Below are positions 10,071-19,337 of a stretch of 64,000 nt of DNA, one piece after another. Origin of the DNA: an uncultured Gemmatimonadaceae bacterium (GTDB lineage Bacteria; Gemmatimonadota; Gemmatimonadetes; Gemmatimonadales; Gemmatimonadaceae); the NCBI GenBank assembly GCA_963781585.1, contig CAWAGQ010000007.1, forward strand, positions 32,001-96,000, given 5' to 3'. Every line of letters starts with the position of its first letter. Position 1 is the first letter of the stretch. The notes under the pieces were generated by a model. The model was not told where the DNA came from and did no database searches. It saw only the letters and a list, made by a program, of their open reading frames with translations. Made by a program: the position numbers and the translations under genes.

Positions 10071-11408
10071 TCAACGGGTCCTCTTTCCAGTCGTGACATG
10101 CTCGTCCTCCTCGTCGCGCTGCTCGGCCTCGATCATGCGGAGCCGGAGCCAGAGGGTGCCAGCGAGTCCGAGAATGATAGGCACGGAGATGGCCAGGCCG
10201 AGGCGCCGATACCGGTGTTCCGCGAGCGCGGCCTGGCCCTGACCGGCCGCCCCGGTGGCGGTCTTCAGGCCGACCGCGACCTGTTTCGCCACCGTATCCG
10301 CCCGGAACGAATGGACCGCGGTGCGCGCCTTCGTCAGTGCGGTGGTCACTTCGCTCAGATCGAACTGTGCCTGGCTCACGTCCATGCCCAGGTTGTTGGC
10401 CTCGTCGAGTACGTTCTGGCTGTGCTCCTGCGCCGTGCGCAACGAATCGAGCAGCGTCCGCATGGCGAGGAACTGGCGGCCGGCAGGAGTGTCGGCGTCG
10501 TGACACCGCTGACACACCGTGTGTGCGCGCGCGGTCAACGTCGTCTCCGCCGGCTGCACGATGTCGTGATTGCTGTGACAGGTGACGCACCCCGGAAGCT
10601 TGTTAGCCGTGAAGATGCTGTCGTGTCCGTTGGCGGCAAAGTAGTCGGCGACGGTCGAGTGGCACTGGCTGCAGACGTGGGGCACGTCCGCCACGCCTGG
10701 CGGGGTGGCGCCATGATTGCCGTGACAACTGTTGCAGACCGGCGCCGAAAGGTCGCCCTGCTTCAGCATGTCCTGGCCATGCACGCTCTCCGTCCACAGC
10801 CTCTGCTGGTTCGTCGGAATGTCGTAGCGCGCCATGCGCTTCGAATCCGAGTGGCAGCGGCCGCAGGTCTCGGGCACGTGCGTCGGGTACACGGAGGACG
10901 CCGGATCGGACGGCGGCAGGATGCGGTGCGCGGGGTGGCAGTCGATACAGGTCGCGACCGACGTGTCGCCATATTCGAGCAGCCGCTTGCCGTGCACGGA
11001 GGTGCGATACTCCGCCACCTGGTCCACGCGCAGCATCGGGTTGAAGCGCTTCATGAACCCGGCATCGGAGTGGCAGCGGCCGCACAGGATGGGGATGTCG
11101 CGACGGGCCGGCTTGGCCAGGAAACCCGCGCCCGGGGTGATGTTGCGCGGATCGTCGCCATGCTGCGTGACGTTGCCATGGCAGTCGAGGCAGCTGAAGC
11201 CCTTCTGCGCATGGATGTCGGTTTCGAAGTTCTTCGCCGGGGCCGACAACCGCTCATCCCGCTGCTTGAGGTGGCAGTCAATGCAAACCTGCGAGCTCGG
11301 TAGCTGCTGCGCCCATGCGCCCGCCGGGGCGGCCAGCAGCGCGACGAGCGTCAGCAGTGCCGGCGCGCGCACCAGCGCACGCGCTGCCCCCCGCCTCGTG
11401 ATTCGCAC
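10071..11408 (-). CDS. Inner-membrane-anchored nonaheme cytochrome c
   Basis: Signal peptide (AWA-Q), 9 CXXCH motifs, helical C-terminal region, C-terminal TM helix (LGLAISVPIILGLAGTLWL). GTG start inferred. Confidence 0.9.
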   Translation of the reverse strand: MRITRRGAARALVRAPALLTLVALLAAPAGAWAQQLPSSQVCIDCHLKQRDERLSAPAKNFETDIHAQKGFSCLDCHGNVTQHGDDPRNITPGAGFLAKPARRDIPILCGRCHSDAGFMKRFNPMLRVDQVAEYRTSVHGKRLLEYGDTSVATCIDCHPAHRILPPSDPASSVYPTHVPETCGRCHSDSKRMARYDIPTNQQRLWTESVHGQDMLKQGDLSAPVCNSCHGNHGATPPGVADVPHVCSQCHSTVADYFAANGHDSIFTANKLPGCVTCHSNHDIVQPAETTLTARAHTVCQRCHDADTPAGRQFLAMRTLLDSLRTAQEHSQNVLDEANNLGMDVSQAQFDLSEVTTALTKARTAVHSFRADTVAKQVAVGLKTATGAAGQGQAALAEHRYRRLGLAISVPIILGLAGTLWLRLRMIEAEQRDEEDEHVTTGKRTR

Positions 11409-11415
11409 GCGGGGG

Positions 11416-12885
11416 CTACGCACCAGGGACCTTCGTGTGACAGAGCAGGCAGCTCTGCGGATTGCGCTGCTGCGCCCGCTTGGCATCGAAGCCGGCAGGG
11501 TGCGGATTGATTCCCCAGCCGCCGGTGGCGGAATGACACTGCGCGCAGCTGGCCTGCGTGTGACAGGCGGCGCAGGCCTCGAGCCCCTGCCGAGCGGCCT
11601 GGCCGTGGTTGAGCAGCCAGAGCGGCTGCGCGCTGTGGAACGGCGCGTTGGTGCGCGTGCGCGCGCCGTTTCCTGTCCGCATGTGACACGTGCGGCAGAA
11701 CGCTTCGGTGCTGTGACAGGCTGTGCACTGCGCGTCGCTGCCATAGGCCTCCGGACCGTGCTGCTCGACGAAGTTCGGCGGATGGTACTGTGCCTTCTGG
11801 CCCTGGTGACAGTCGACGCAGAAGCTGCGGGCGTGGCAGGCGGCACATGCGCCGCCTGCTGCGGCTTGGGCGGGGTGGTCTTTCAGGAATCCGGTTGCGT
11901 GAACCGGCCGCTGTGGGATATGCACCCCGAAAAGGGTGTCGGCTCCCGGCGCCGGCAGCGCGTCGATGGCCGGTGTCACGCCTGAGCGATGACAGGTCCG
12001 ACAACTCGCCTGGACGTGACAGTTGCTGCACGTTCTGGTGGCCGCCACAACGCCGCCCGTGCCGACCCCGCCACCACCGGCGACAGTACCGTGTTTCCAC
12101 TGCCACGTACCGGTGTCGTGGCTCGCCGGCTTCGGGTACGATGGCGCGCGTCCGCGCACCAGCGCGGCGATGCGGTCGTCGGGTTCGAGCGCGCGGATGG
12201 CCGGAATCGTGGCGGCATTGAAATGACAGCGCTGGCAGCTCTCCCGCGCGTGGCAGATGGCGCAGCGGCCAGTCGCGATGCCCGGAGTGGAAGGTGCGTG
12301 CTGCATCACCCAGTCGGGCGCCGCATGGTCGGTCGGTTTTGGCAGCATCTCGACTCGAAAAGCAGGCAACCGGGTGCGGACGAGTGCGACGTGGCACGTG
12401 GCGCAGCGCGCCGCCGTGTCCGTGTGCTCGGGAGCCGCATGCGCGTGGCATCCGATGCAATACTGTGGTTGAGGCCCGCTCACTGCCATTGCGCTCGTGT
12501 CTCCCGGCGTGCGGTGACAATCGAGACAGGTCAGCCGATCGCCGGCAGAGTCGATCGACTGTTGATGCCGCACGTGCGAGTAGGCCAGGTTGGAGATCCG
12601 TGGCGTCGGGCCCATCCAGCTCACAGGCGGCTGCACCGTGCCGTCGTGACAGTTCGCGCAGGCGCCGGACGGCGGGAACATCCTGGCCGTGTCGCCCGTC
12701 GGCACACCGGAATGGCACGTGGCGCACTGGGTAAACAACCCCGCGTGCCGGCGGTGTGGAAACTGCGGCGTTGCCGGCTGGGCATACGCGTCGGTCGCCC
12801 GGCCTGGCGCAAAGGGAGCCGTCTGCGCGGTAACGGTGACGAGGAGACCTATCAGGAGCGGTGAAGCGAGAGCAGCGACTCGCAT
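11416..12885 (-). CDS. Periplasmic 16-heme cytochrome c
   Basis: Signal peptide, 16 CXXCH motifs including five closely paired doublets, AGGAGG RBS. Start overlaps the stop of the beta-barrel gene. Confidence 0.92.
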   Translation of the reverse strand: MRVAALASPLLIGLLVTVTAQTAPFAPGRATDAYAQPATPQFPHRRHAGLFTQCATCHSGVPTGDTARMFPPSGACANCHDGTVQPPVSWMGPTPRISNLAYSHVRHQQSIDSAGDRLTCLDCHRTPGDTSAMAVSGPQPQYCIGCHAHAAPEHTDTAARCATCHVALVRTRLPAFRVEMLPKPTDHAAPDWVMQHAPSTPGIATGRCAICHARESCQRCHFNAATIPAIRALEPDDRIAALVRGRAPSYPKPASHDTGTWQWKHGTVAGGGGVGTGGVVAATRTCSNCHVQASCRTCHRSGVTPAIDALPAPGADTLFGVHIPQRPVHATGFLKDHPAQAAAGGACAACHARSFCVDCHQGQKAQYHPPNFVEQHGPEAYGSDAQCTACHSTEAFCRTCHMRTGNGARTRTNAPFHSAQPLWLLNHGQAARQGLEACAACHTQASCAQCHSATGGWGINPHPAGFDAKRAQQRNPQSCLLCHTKVPGA

Positions 12886-14414
12886 CACATTCCTCCTGGC
12901 GCCGGCAACCCTGGCTCGGCGCCAAGGGCCCAGGTGCATGTGATGGTGGCGCGCAGCTGGCTCCAGTTCGGTCCGTTCTCCGGGACCCTTCCCACGTGTC
13001 GGTAATCGAAGACGGACGCGTTCAGCCGGCTGCGACTATTTAGGCGCAGTGCGCCATCCAGTCCTATTCCCACCACCGTGCCACTGCGCACACGCAGCTC
13101 GTCGGCTGTCTGGAAGGCCGTGCCGCTGAGGGCGACGGAATTGCCGTCCGCGAGGGAGCGACGCAACTGCAGACCTGCCCGGCTCCTCGCGGTGCCGAAA
13201 CCCAGGTCGAGACCGTACTGCGCATCCACGGCCCATTGCGGAGCGAGGCGGACCGCGCCGGAGCCGTTGAGCGACCACCCGCTGGAGTGCAGCGGTGCGA
13301 AGTCGACGGCGACGTCGGTATCGAGGTAGTGGCGGCGTGAGACCTGGCCGTCGAACGTGACCGCGCCGTCGCCGCGGCGCCAGCTCGCACCCGCTCCGCC
13401 GTCGACGTAGCCGACGGCGCCGAACGCGCCCCAGATGGTCCACAGATCGAAGTACGGCCGGTGTCGGCGGGCGAAGGCACGGACGGTCACACGCGGGTTG
13501 AGCGTGTAGTGAAACTGTCCGCGCAGCTCGTTCAGATCGGCCGTCGCCAGGTCGAGTTGAGCTGCCCAGTCGAACGACATCCGGTCGCCACGGAGCATTC
13601 CGTTCGTTGCCGCCCGCTCCGAATAGAGTCCGTTGCGATTCGCCGCAATGGTGCGCTCGTAGACGCCGGACAGCGACAGCGCCGGGACCGGCCGCGCCTG
13701 CGCGCGCAAGCCGAGAAGCACACCGCGCGACTCCGGGGCAAATGGCTCGACGGCCGCCAGGGCGCCACTGGTCACCGGCTCGTTGAGCCCGTTCTCCAGG
13801 GTCCATCCGCCGTACGCTTCGACGCTCAGCGCCCTCGTCGGGCGCAGCAGCACCGACGCGCCGTCGAAGTTGTTGAATGTCAGCCCGCTCACGTCCCACT
13901 GCCGGCCGGCACGCACGCGATACCGTGGGCGCTCCAGTTCGAGGTAGGCCTCCAGGGCGTCGAAATGGTCGTTGGCCTGCGGCCAGAGACTGTTGCTTCC
14001 TGCAACGACGGCCCGGCCGCGAACGTCGGCGTAGAAACGTACACCGCGTCCAAACCCCCACGCGCTCACGCGCAGATCCTGGAGCGCCGGTGCGGAGGAG
14101 GCCGTGGTTCCGCTCCCGTATACGTAGCAGTACGGCGCCGGATCGACGCACTCGACCGTGCGCCCGTCGGGGGCGCGGCGCAGCAGCGCATCACCCGTTG
14201 TGGTGGACGACAACACACTGTCGATCCGCAGCGGTCGCAGCTCCACGTAGTTCATGGTGGTGGTACCGCTGATCCGGACATGCTGTGCATCCACCCGCCG
14301 CGCGGAGACCAGCAAGGTGCTGAGGAGCGCGGCCACGAGCGTCCCGCGTGCGCGGAGCGACGCGCGACGCGCATCGATATCGAATCGAACGTCGAGAGGG
14401 CGCCGGGAATTCAT
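12885..14414 (-). CDS. Outer-membrane beta-barrel (porin of a porin-cytochrome conduit)
   Basis: Signal peptide (VDA-Q), many amphipathic aromatic-ended beta strands (YRVRAGRQW, FDGASVLL, VEAYGGW), no heme motifs, sandwiched and coupled between cytochrome genes. Confidence 0.8.
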   Translation of the reverse strand: MNSRRPLDVRFDIDARRASLRARGTLVAALLSTLLVSARRVDAQHVRISGTTTMNYVELRPLRIDSVLSSTTTGDALLRRAPDGRTVECVDPAPYCYVYGSGTTASSAPALQDLRVSAWGFGRGVRFYADVRGRAVVAGSNSLWPQANDHFDALEAYLELERPRYRVRAGRQWDVSGLTFNNFDGASVLLRPTRALSVEAYGGWTLENGLNEPVTSGALAAVEPFAPESRGVLLGLRAQARPVPALSLSGVYERTIAANRNGLYSERAATNGMLRGDRMSFDWAAQLDLATADLNELRGQFHYTLNPRVTVRAFARRHRPYFDLWTIWGAFGAVGYVDGGAGASWRRGDGAVTFDGQVSRRHYLDTDVAVDFAPLHSSGWSLNGSGAVRLAPQWAVDAQYGLDLGFGTARSRAGLQLRRSLADGNSVALSGTAFQTADELRVRSGTVVGIGLDGALRLNSRSRLNASVFDYRHVGRVPENGPNWSQLRATITCTWALGAEPGLPAPGGM

Positions 14415-15286
14415 CGGGACGCACCCCCGGTCTGATTGGCCGAACCCTGGGGCGGTTGGAGCATGTGGCACCGGGCGCAGACCCGGCCCGGTTCATGGTT
14501 TACCCGGTCCGCATGGCAAAGGAGACATTCATCGCGCGACAGCGTGGCAACCTTCACTGGAGCGTTCTGGTGACATCCCGAGCCCGCGCACCCGTTGTGA
14601 GCGGCGTTGGTATGAACGCCGGCCGGCGGTGGTTGGTGGCAGGTGCGACAGTTGGCCTGGCCTTCGTGGTGCACGTGGCAGGATCCGCAGGCCTTCGTCG
14701 GCACGAGTTGCGGCTGGTTGATGTGGCAGTCCGAGCACTGCACGCTCGTGTGCCATCCGTGGTCGAAGGTCACGCTTCGCTGCCGCGGCGTGGGCCACAC
14801 CGACAGTTTCCATTCGAGATTGAGCGTCACGGGCCCGCGGCTCGCGGGCGCGGCATGGCAGCTCATGCACGGTCGTCCTTGCGCTGTGGCGTGATGGCAG
14901 CCGGCGCACTGATCCCCTGCGGGTGGCGGGCCCGTGGCGGGTACCGGGGCGTGGCATGACGTGCAGGCCACATTCGTGTGTGCCGCATGTCCCGGTACCG
15001 CGGCGTGGCAGCGCACGCATTGGAGGCTCCGGTGCTTCTCGTGCCGGAAGGCGTACGGACCCAGGGAAACGGCTACCCGAGAAGCCCGGGTCAAGGCGCT
15101 GGTTGGGACGGTCGGAGGCTGCGAGGAGGCGGCGGACGAGTCCACGGCCGTGGAGTCCCCCGAGGCGGCCATCCCTGAATCCCCGGCCGCCTGCTCGGGC
15201 GCCCGCGAGCATGAGAGAACCGCGACGGCCAGCATCAGCCAGCAGGAAACAACCCGCACAGACCCCTCGAGTCTGGTCCCGGGCAT
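14411..15286 (-). CDS. Lipoprotein decaheme cytochrome c
   Basis: Lipobox (AVLS-C), Ser/Ala-rich tether, 9 CXXCH plus 1 CX4CH (CAGSGCH), cytochrome c3/c7-like FxHxxH motifs. Confidence 0.9.
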   Translation of the reverse strand: MPGTRLEGSVRVVSCWLMLAVAVLSCSRAPEQAAGDSGMAASGDSTAVDSSAASSQPPTVPTSALTRASRVAVSLGPYAFRHEKHRSLQCVRCHAAVPGHAAHTNVACTSCHAPVPATGPPPAGDQCAGCHHATAQGRPCMSCHAAPASRGPVTLNLEWKLSVWPTPRQRSVTFDHGWHTSVQCSDCHINQPQLVPTKACGSCHVHHEGQANCRTCHQPPPAGVHTNAAHNGCAGSGCHQNAPVKVATLSRDECLLCHADRVNHEPGRVCARCHMLQPPQGSANQTGGASR

Positions 15287-15314
15287 TAATAAGGATCGGC
15301 GCGTCCGCGCGCCA

Positions 15315-16763
15315 TCAAGGCGCTATTCTCCTGGCCGGGAGAATGTTCTCGAGCGTGATGCCGGCGACCGCCGGGATGCCATAGCTCTTCTGGAGCTGCT
15401 TGATGCTGGCGGTGAGCAGTGCCTCCATCAGGAATGGATTGTGGACCGGCGAGCCGGCCATGGCGCCGAGGGCAGCATTGAACTTGGCTCCTTCGCCAGG
15501 GGTGATCACGCTGTCCGTATTGACGAACGCCGATTTGGGCACCTGCGCCAACATGGCGTTGACCTCTTGCACCAGCAGGGAGATGCGCTCGGTGGCCACC
15601 TCCTTGGCGTTGCGGGCCACGCTCTGGTCGCCGTGACAGCCGCTCCTGGCGCAGGCGGCGAAGCTGCGCTGCGACTCGTCGCAGCCCTCGTCGACCGTGG
15701 GCTTGCCAGTGGCGTCGAGGCAGGGAATGGGCACGAAGAGGTGACCTGTGGAGTTGAACACCACCGCCCCGCTCGCGTCCTTCACATCCATGCGTGCCAC
15801 ATGACAGGTGACGCACAAATCCTCGTTGCGCGAGGAGCCGTGGGTTCCGTGGATCGTCGTGTCAACGGGCCCGAAGTCCGGCGATCGCCAGCCGGCCGAG
15901 CCGAGGAGGAGGGGACCCTGCGGCGACATCGGTCCGCGCTGGTTCGCGGCGATGTCCGGCTGGGAGCGATAGTGGTGGCACTTCATGCACAGGTTGTCGC
16001 TGACGCTTGCCACCGTAATCGGGTAGCGCAGTTGCTTGTCATTGGTCGCGTCGTGGGGATCGTGGCATACCCCGCACACGATGGGCATGTGACCAGCAAC
16101 GGCAGCCAGGCTGTCCTGCTCGGCGTATCGCACGTCGGCGCCCCACGCCTGCAGTGCGCCGTTGCCGGTGTGGCAGTCACGGCACGGCTCGTTTACCCCT
16201 GCGCTGCTGCTTGCGCGCGGCACCAGGCCGTGCGCCGACTGCGACCACTCCTCCAGGAACGGATACTGCGCGGTCTGATGGCACTCGCCGCAGCCGTTGG
16301 TGAGTGATTGCCCCACGAACATGGAGGCGAGCGGCTGCGAGACGTCAGGGTTCGTCACATGCGTCAGCCCCGGACCATGGCAGGATTCGCACTGGACATC
16401 CTGATAACGGGCGTTGCGCGTCGCCGTCCAACCGACGTTTGCGTCCGTCACGAAGTTCCCGTTGGCGTTCACGGTGTGGCATCCTTCACAGGCCGCCGAC
16501 GACATCCCGCTGTTTCGCAGATCCGTCCAGGCGTGGGAGTGCGCGGTCTGCTTCCACTCGCCGAGCTTGCCGATGTGACAATTTCCGCACACCGGCGTGC
16601 GCGCCGCGGTGTCCGAGAAGCCGAGGAACCCCTGCGCGGCCTCCGGCGGAGAATTCGCGGACGAATTCGGCGCGACGATCTGCGTCTTGTCCACGCAGGC
16701 AGCGACAGCGAGCGTCAGGATCACGACTGCCGAGAAGCGATTCACCCTGTTCTGCACATCCAT
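15315..16763 (-). CDS. Lipoprotein nonaheme cytochrome c
   Basis: Lipobox (AVAA-C), 8 CXXCH plus 1 CX4CH (CARSGCH), helical C-terminus. GGAGGG RBS before ATG at 16763. Confidence 0.92.
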   Translation of the reverse strand: MDVQNRVNRFSAVVILTLAVAACVDKTQIVAPNSSANSPPEAAQGFLGFSDTAARTPVCGNCHIGKLGEWKQTAHSHAWTDLRNSGMSSAACEGCHTVNANGNFVTDANVGWTATRNARYQDVQCESCHGPGLTHVTNPDVSQPLASMFVGQSLTNGCGECHQTAQYPFLEEWSQSAHGLVPRASSSAGVNEPCRDCHTGNGALQAWGADVRYAEQDSLAAVAGHMPIVCGVCHDPHDATNDKQLRYPITVASVSDNLCMKCHHYRSQPDIAANQRGPMSPQGPLLLGSAGWRSPDFGPVDTTIHGTHGSSRNEDLCVTCHVARMDVKDASGAVVFNSTGHLFVPIPCLDATGKPTVDEGCDESQRSFAACARSGCHGDQSVARNAKEVATERISLLVQEVNAMLAQVPKSAFVNTDSVITPGEGAKFNAALGAMAGSPVHNPFLMEALLTASIKQLQKSYGIPAVAGITLENILPARRIAP

Positions 16764-17175
16764 GCAGGTACCCTCCCCAGTGGCACGCAGCCCTGATGGT
16801 AATTCCGCCCCCTGGGCAGCGGCCGCGTTATGCAAAGCGTCGGACGCGTTTCTCGGCTTCTGTGTCAGGCGTTTCCGCCGTCCGTTGCCCGGGTTTTCAC
16901 CGCGATCCCAGCGGCCCTGCAGCGATAACGCCTCGAAGAAGATTGACTGAGAGGGAAACCCCTACTGGTCGCGTCGGACATTTGCCGCGATCCGTGCCCC
17001 GATTCCGTCTGACATGGATGGTCTGCACGACGGGTGCGGGGCGCGCGCAATGTCACCGAAGCTGTTGTCTGGAAAGAGTTTGGGATGAAACGTTAGGCGA
17101 ATCGGATTCGGGGCAGCGCGACGACAGCCGGTGCTTTCCCCACGAGCATGGATCCGTGCCGAGACTCCGGTGATG

Positions 17176-17213
17176 CGCAACGTGCCGGGGATCCTGAGCC
17201 CCGGCACGTTGCG
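17176..17213 (-). terminator. Perfect 15-bp stem-loop after the S10 peptidase gene (terminator-like or mRNA-stabilising)
   Basis: CGCAACGTGCCGGGG-ATCCTGAG-CCCCGGCACGTTGCG, 20 nt past the stop codon. No U-tract. Confidence 0.6.
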
Positions 17214-17232
17214 AGCCCCCCGACGTCACCTC

Positions 17233-18804
17233 TCAGGGCAGCACCGGCGTCGGGTGCTCCGTCGACGCAATGAAGTCCGCGATGTCCTTCTTGAGCTTCT
17301 TCGCCGACGACTGGTTGAGATACGCCATGTGGCCGCTCTCGTAGTACGCGAACTTCACCCGATCCGAATACGTCTTGTCGAAGCCAAGGTGCCTGAAGGT
17401 GTACTCGGCGCCCGCAAACGGGGTCGCCATGTCGTAGTAGCCCGCGCCCACCATCACGTGCAGGTAGGGGTCCTTGGCCATCGCGGTCCGCAGTGATTCG
17501 ACCTCGCTGGCGTAGCCCCCGCCAAAGCTGGCCGTCGTGTACTCCCAGCGACCCGTGTGGCCGCCCATGTAGTATTGCAGGTCGCTGGAGTATCCGAGAT
17601 CGTCGTGGAGATAGCGCATGAACGCCGACATGAACGCGCCCGACGGCGCCACGTCGGACGGATCGTAATCCTGTCGCTGACTGGCGGCGTTGCCGTTGAT
17701 GCCGATCATGCGGCTGTCATAGCGCCCCACGGTTTCACGCTGCTCGCGCAGCAACTCGGTCCGGTACGTGCCGGCGTCGATGCGCAGGTTGGTGTTCAGG
17801 ATGTACTGCTGCGACACCCCCGTGAGCTGCGCGATCTTCCCTGCGGTGGCCGTCCGCTCCGCAGGCGTCATCGCGTTGCCCCTGGCCAGCGCGGTCAGGT
17901 AATCGCCGAACGCGAAGTCCCGGGCCTGCTGCAATGCCTGCTCGAGGCTCAACTTCTGCAGGTCGGCGGGGAGTTTCTTGTGATACCAGGCGGTCGCGGT
18001 GTACGTCGGAAGAAAGGTGGCGAAGGCAAGATCGTTGTTAGGCGACTGGGCGATGGTCTGGAAGTCGAGCACCGTGCCGAGCAGCATGATTCCATTCAGC
18101 TCGATCCCCTCGTTGCTCTGCAGCTCCGACGCCAGCCCCGCCGATCGGAAGGTGCCATAACTCTCGCCGAACAGGTACTTCGGCGACGCCCAGCGCTGGT
18201 ACTTGTCCAGGTAGTTCCGGATGAATTCGCCGAACATCGCGATGTCGTTGCGATCGCCGGTGTAGTCGCTGGCCTTCACCCCCGGCCCCGGGCGGGAATA
18301 GCCCGTCATCATCGCGTCGACCTGAACGAGGTCGGTCACGTCGAGCGGCGAGTACGGATTGGTGGTGAGGTTGTAGGGGGGAGCCGGCTGCGTGCCGTTG
18401 GGGCCCATGTCCGGGTGCATCGGACTCATGATGCCCATGTCGAGCCAGATGGACGCCGAGCCCGGGCCACCGTTGTAGAAGAAGGTGACGGGACGGGTGG
18501 CTGCATTCTCTCCATCGCGTGTGTAGGAGATGTAGAACACCGTGGCCTTGGGTTTCCCGTCCGCGTCATGCAGAACCATACTGCCCGTGTGGGCGGTGTA
18601 CGCGATCTCCTTGCCGTCGATGGTGATCTTGTGCTGCGTGGTCGACACCTTCTCCACGGCGCGAACGCCCTCTGCGGCTCCCGAGTCGGACGGGGGAGCG
18701 CCGCCGCGACCGCCGGGGCCCCCCGGCGTTGGGCGCTGGGCCGGAACGGGCCCGACGGCAAGGAATGAAGTGGCGACGCCGAGCAGAAGCAGTCGAACGT
18801 GCAT
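17233..18804 (-). CDS. Secreted S10 family serine carboxypeptidase
   Basis: Signal peptide, FFYNGGPGSAS, catalytic GESYG, GYYDMATP, YESGHM. Confidence 0.93.
   Translation of the reverse strand: MHVRLLLLGVATSFLAVGPVPAQRPTPGGPGGRGGAPPSDSGAAEGVRAVEKVSTTQHKITIDGKEIAYTAHTGSMVLHDADGKPKATVFYISYTRDGENAATRPVTFFYNGGPGSASIWLDMGIMSPMHPDMGPNGTQPAPPYNLTTNPYSPLDVTDLVQVDAMMTGYSRPGPGVKASDYTGDRNDIAMFGEFIRNYLDKYQRWASPKYLFGESYGTFRSAGLASELQSNEGIELNGIMLLGTVLDFQTIAQSPNNDLAFATFLPTYTATAWYHKKLPADLQKLSLEQALQQARDFAFGDYLTALARGNAMTPAERTATAGKIAQLTGVSQQYILNTNLRIDAGTYRTELLREQRETVGRYDSRMIGINGNAASQRQDYDPSDVAPSGAFMSAFMRYLHDDLGYSSDLQYYMGGHTGRWEYTTASFGGGYASEVESLRTAMAKDPYLHVMVGAGYYDMATPFAGAEYTFRHLGFDKTYSDRVKFAYYESGHMAYLNQSSAKKLKKDIADFIASTEHPTPVLP
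17240..17288 (+). repeat. Repeat A, copy 1 (3' end of the S10 gene)
   Basis: 46/49 nt identical to 20323-20371. Confidence 0.9.
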
Positions 18805-18914
18805 GAGGATACCTCCGTGGTCTTGTGATAAAGTCGCGGACCAACCGGACGCGAGAGACGCAAAGGCCGCGGGCGCCTGCGCGGTGGGCCGTGGCCGACG
18901 GGTTGTAGCGTACC

Positions 18915-18959
18915 TTAGTGGTATCGCGCGATCATCGCGAGGCGTTGAGCCGGCTCAGC
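18915..18959 (+). repeat. Repeat B, copy 1
   Basis: 40/45 nt identical to 20439-20483; ends in the palindrome TGAGCCGGCTCA. Confidence 0.88.
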
Positions 18960-19337
18960 CGGCACGGGCGCAAGCTGGTTAACAGGGGACTGCCGTGCCT
19001 GCCGAATGCTGGACAGGAAACGCGCCGCGATCCGCTGCCAGGCCGGCACGCCGTCCGCGACGCGGTTCCGAGTCCGCCGCCAGCAATTTCAAGGACAGGC
19101 TTCGCGGCGGCCTCATGGTCAGCACCGGAGATAGTTTCCCGGAGAGCCGCTCCGCAGAGTTGCCGCGGATGATTGCGAGTTCGCGGAGAGGGGCGAAGTC
19201 AAGTTGCAAGGAGGGGAGGGTTGGTGGCGGAGAGCGCTGGTGCTGGTCCGTCAGCCATCGCAGCTCCGGGGCCGGAATCCGGGGTAGAACGACGCCACCC
19301 ATTTCACCTGATAGCTACTTGCGGTAGGGTACGATAA

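Noticed and set aside
15315..16763. NrfA-type nitrite reductase or other catalytic multiheme assignment
   Set aside because: No CXXCK active-site motif in any of the four cytochromes; the context favours electron transfer.
16985..17160. Sigma54-like GGCACGGATC boxes (twice, minus strand) upstream of the cytochrome operon
   Set aside because: GG-to-GC spacing is 11 nt, not the strict 10, and there is no TTGC. No convincing FNR, Fur or Rex box was seen either.
18840..18910. GACGCAAAG resembling a c-di-GMP-I riboswitch core
   Set aside because: No upstream GGCAAA/GNRA stem, and it points away from the adjacent gene.
18979..19302. 107-aa and 110-aa ORFs on opposite strands in the atypical segment
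   Set aside because: No motif, RBS or coding-like composition.
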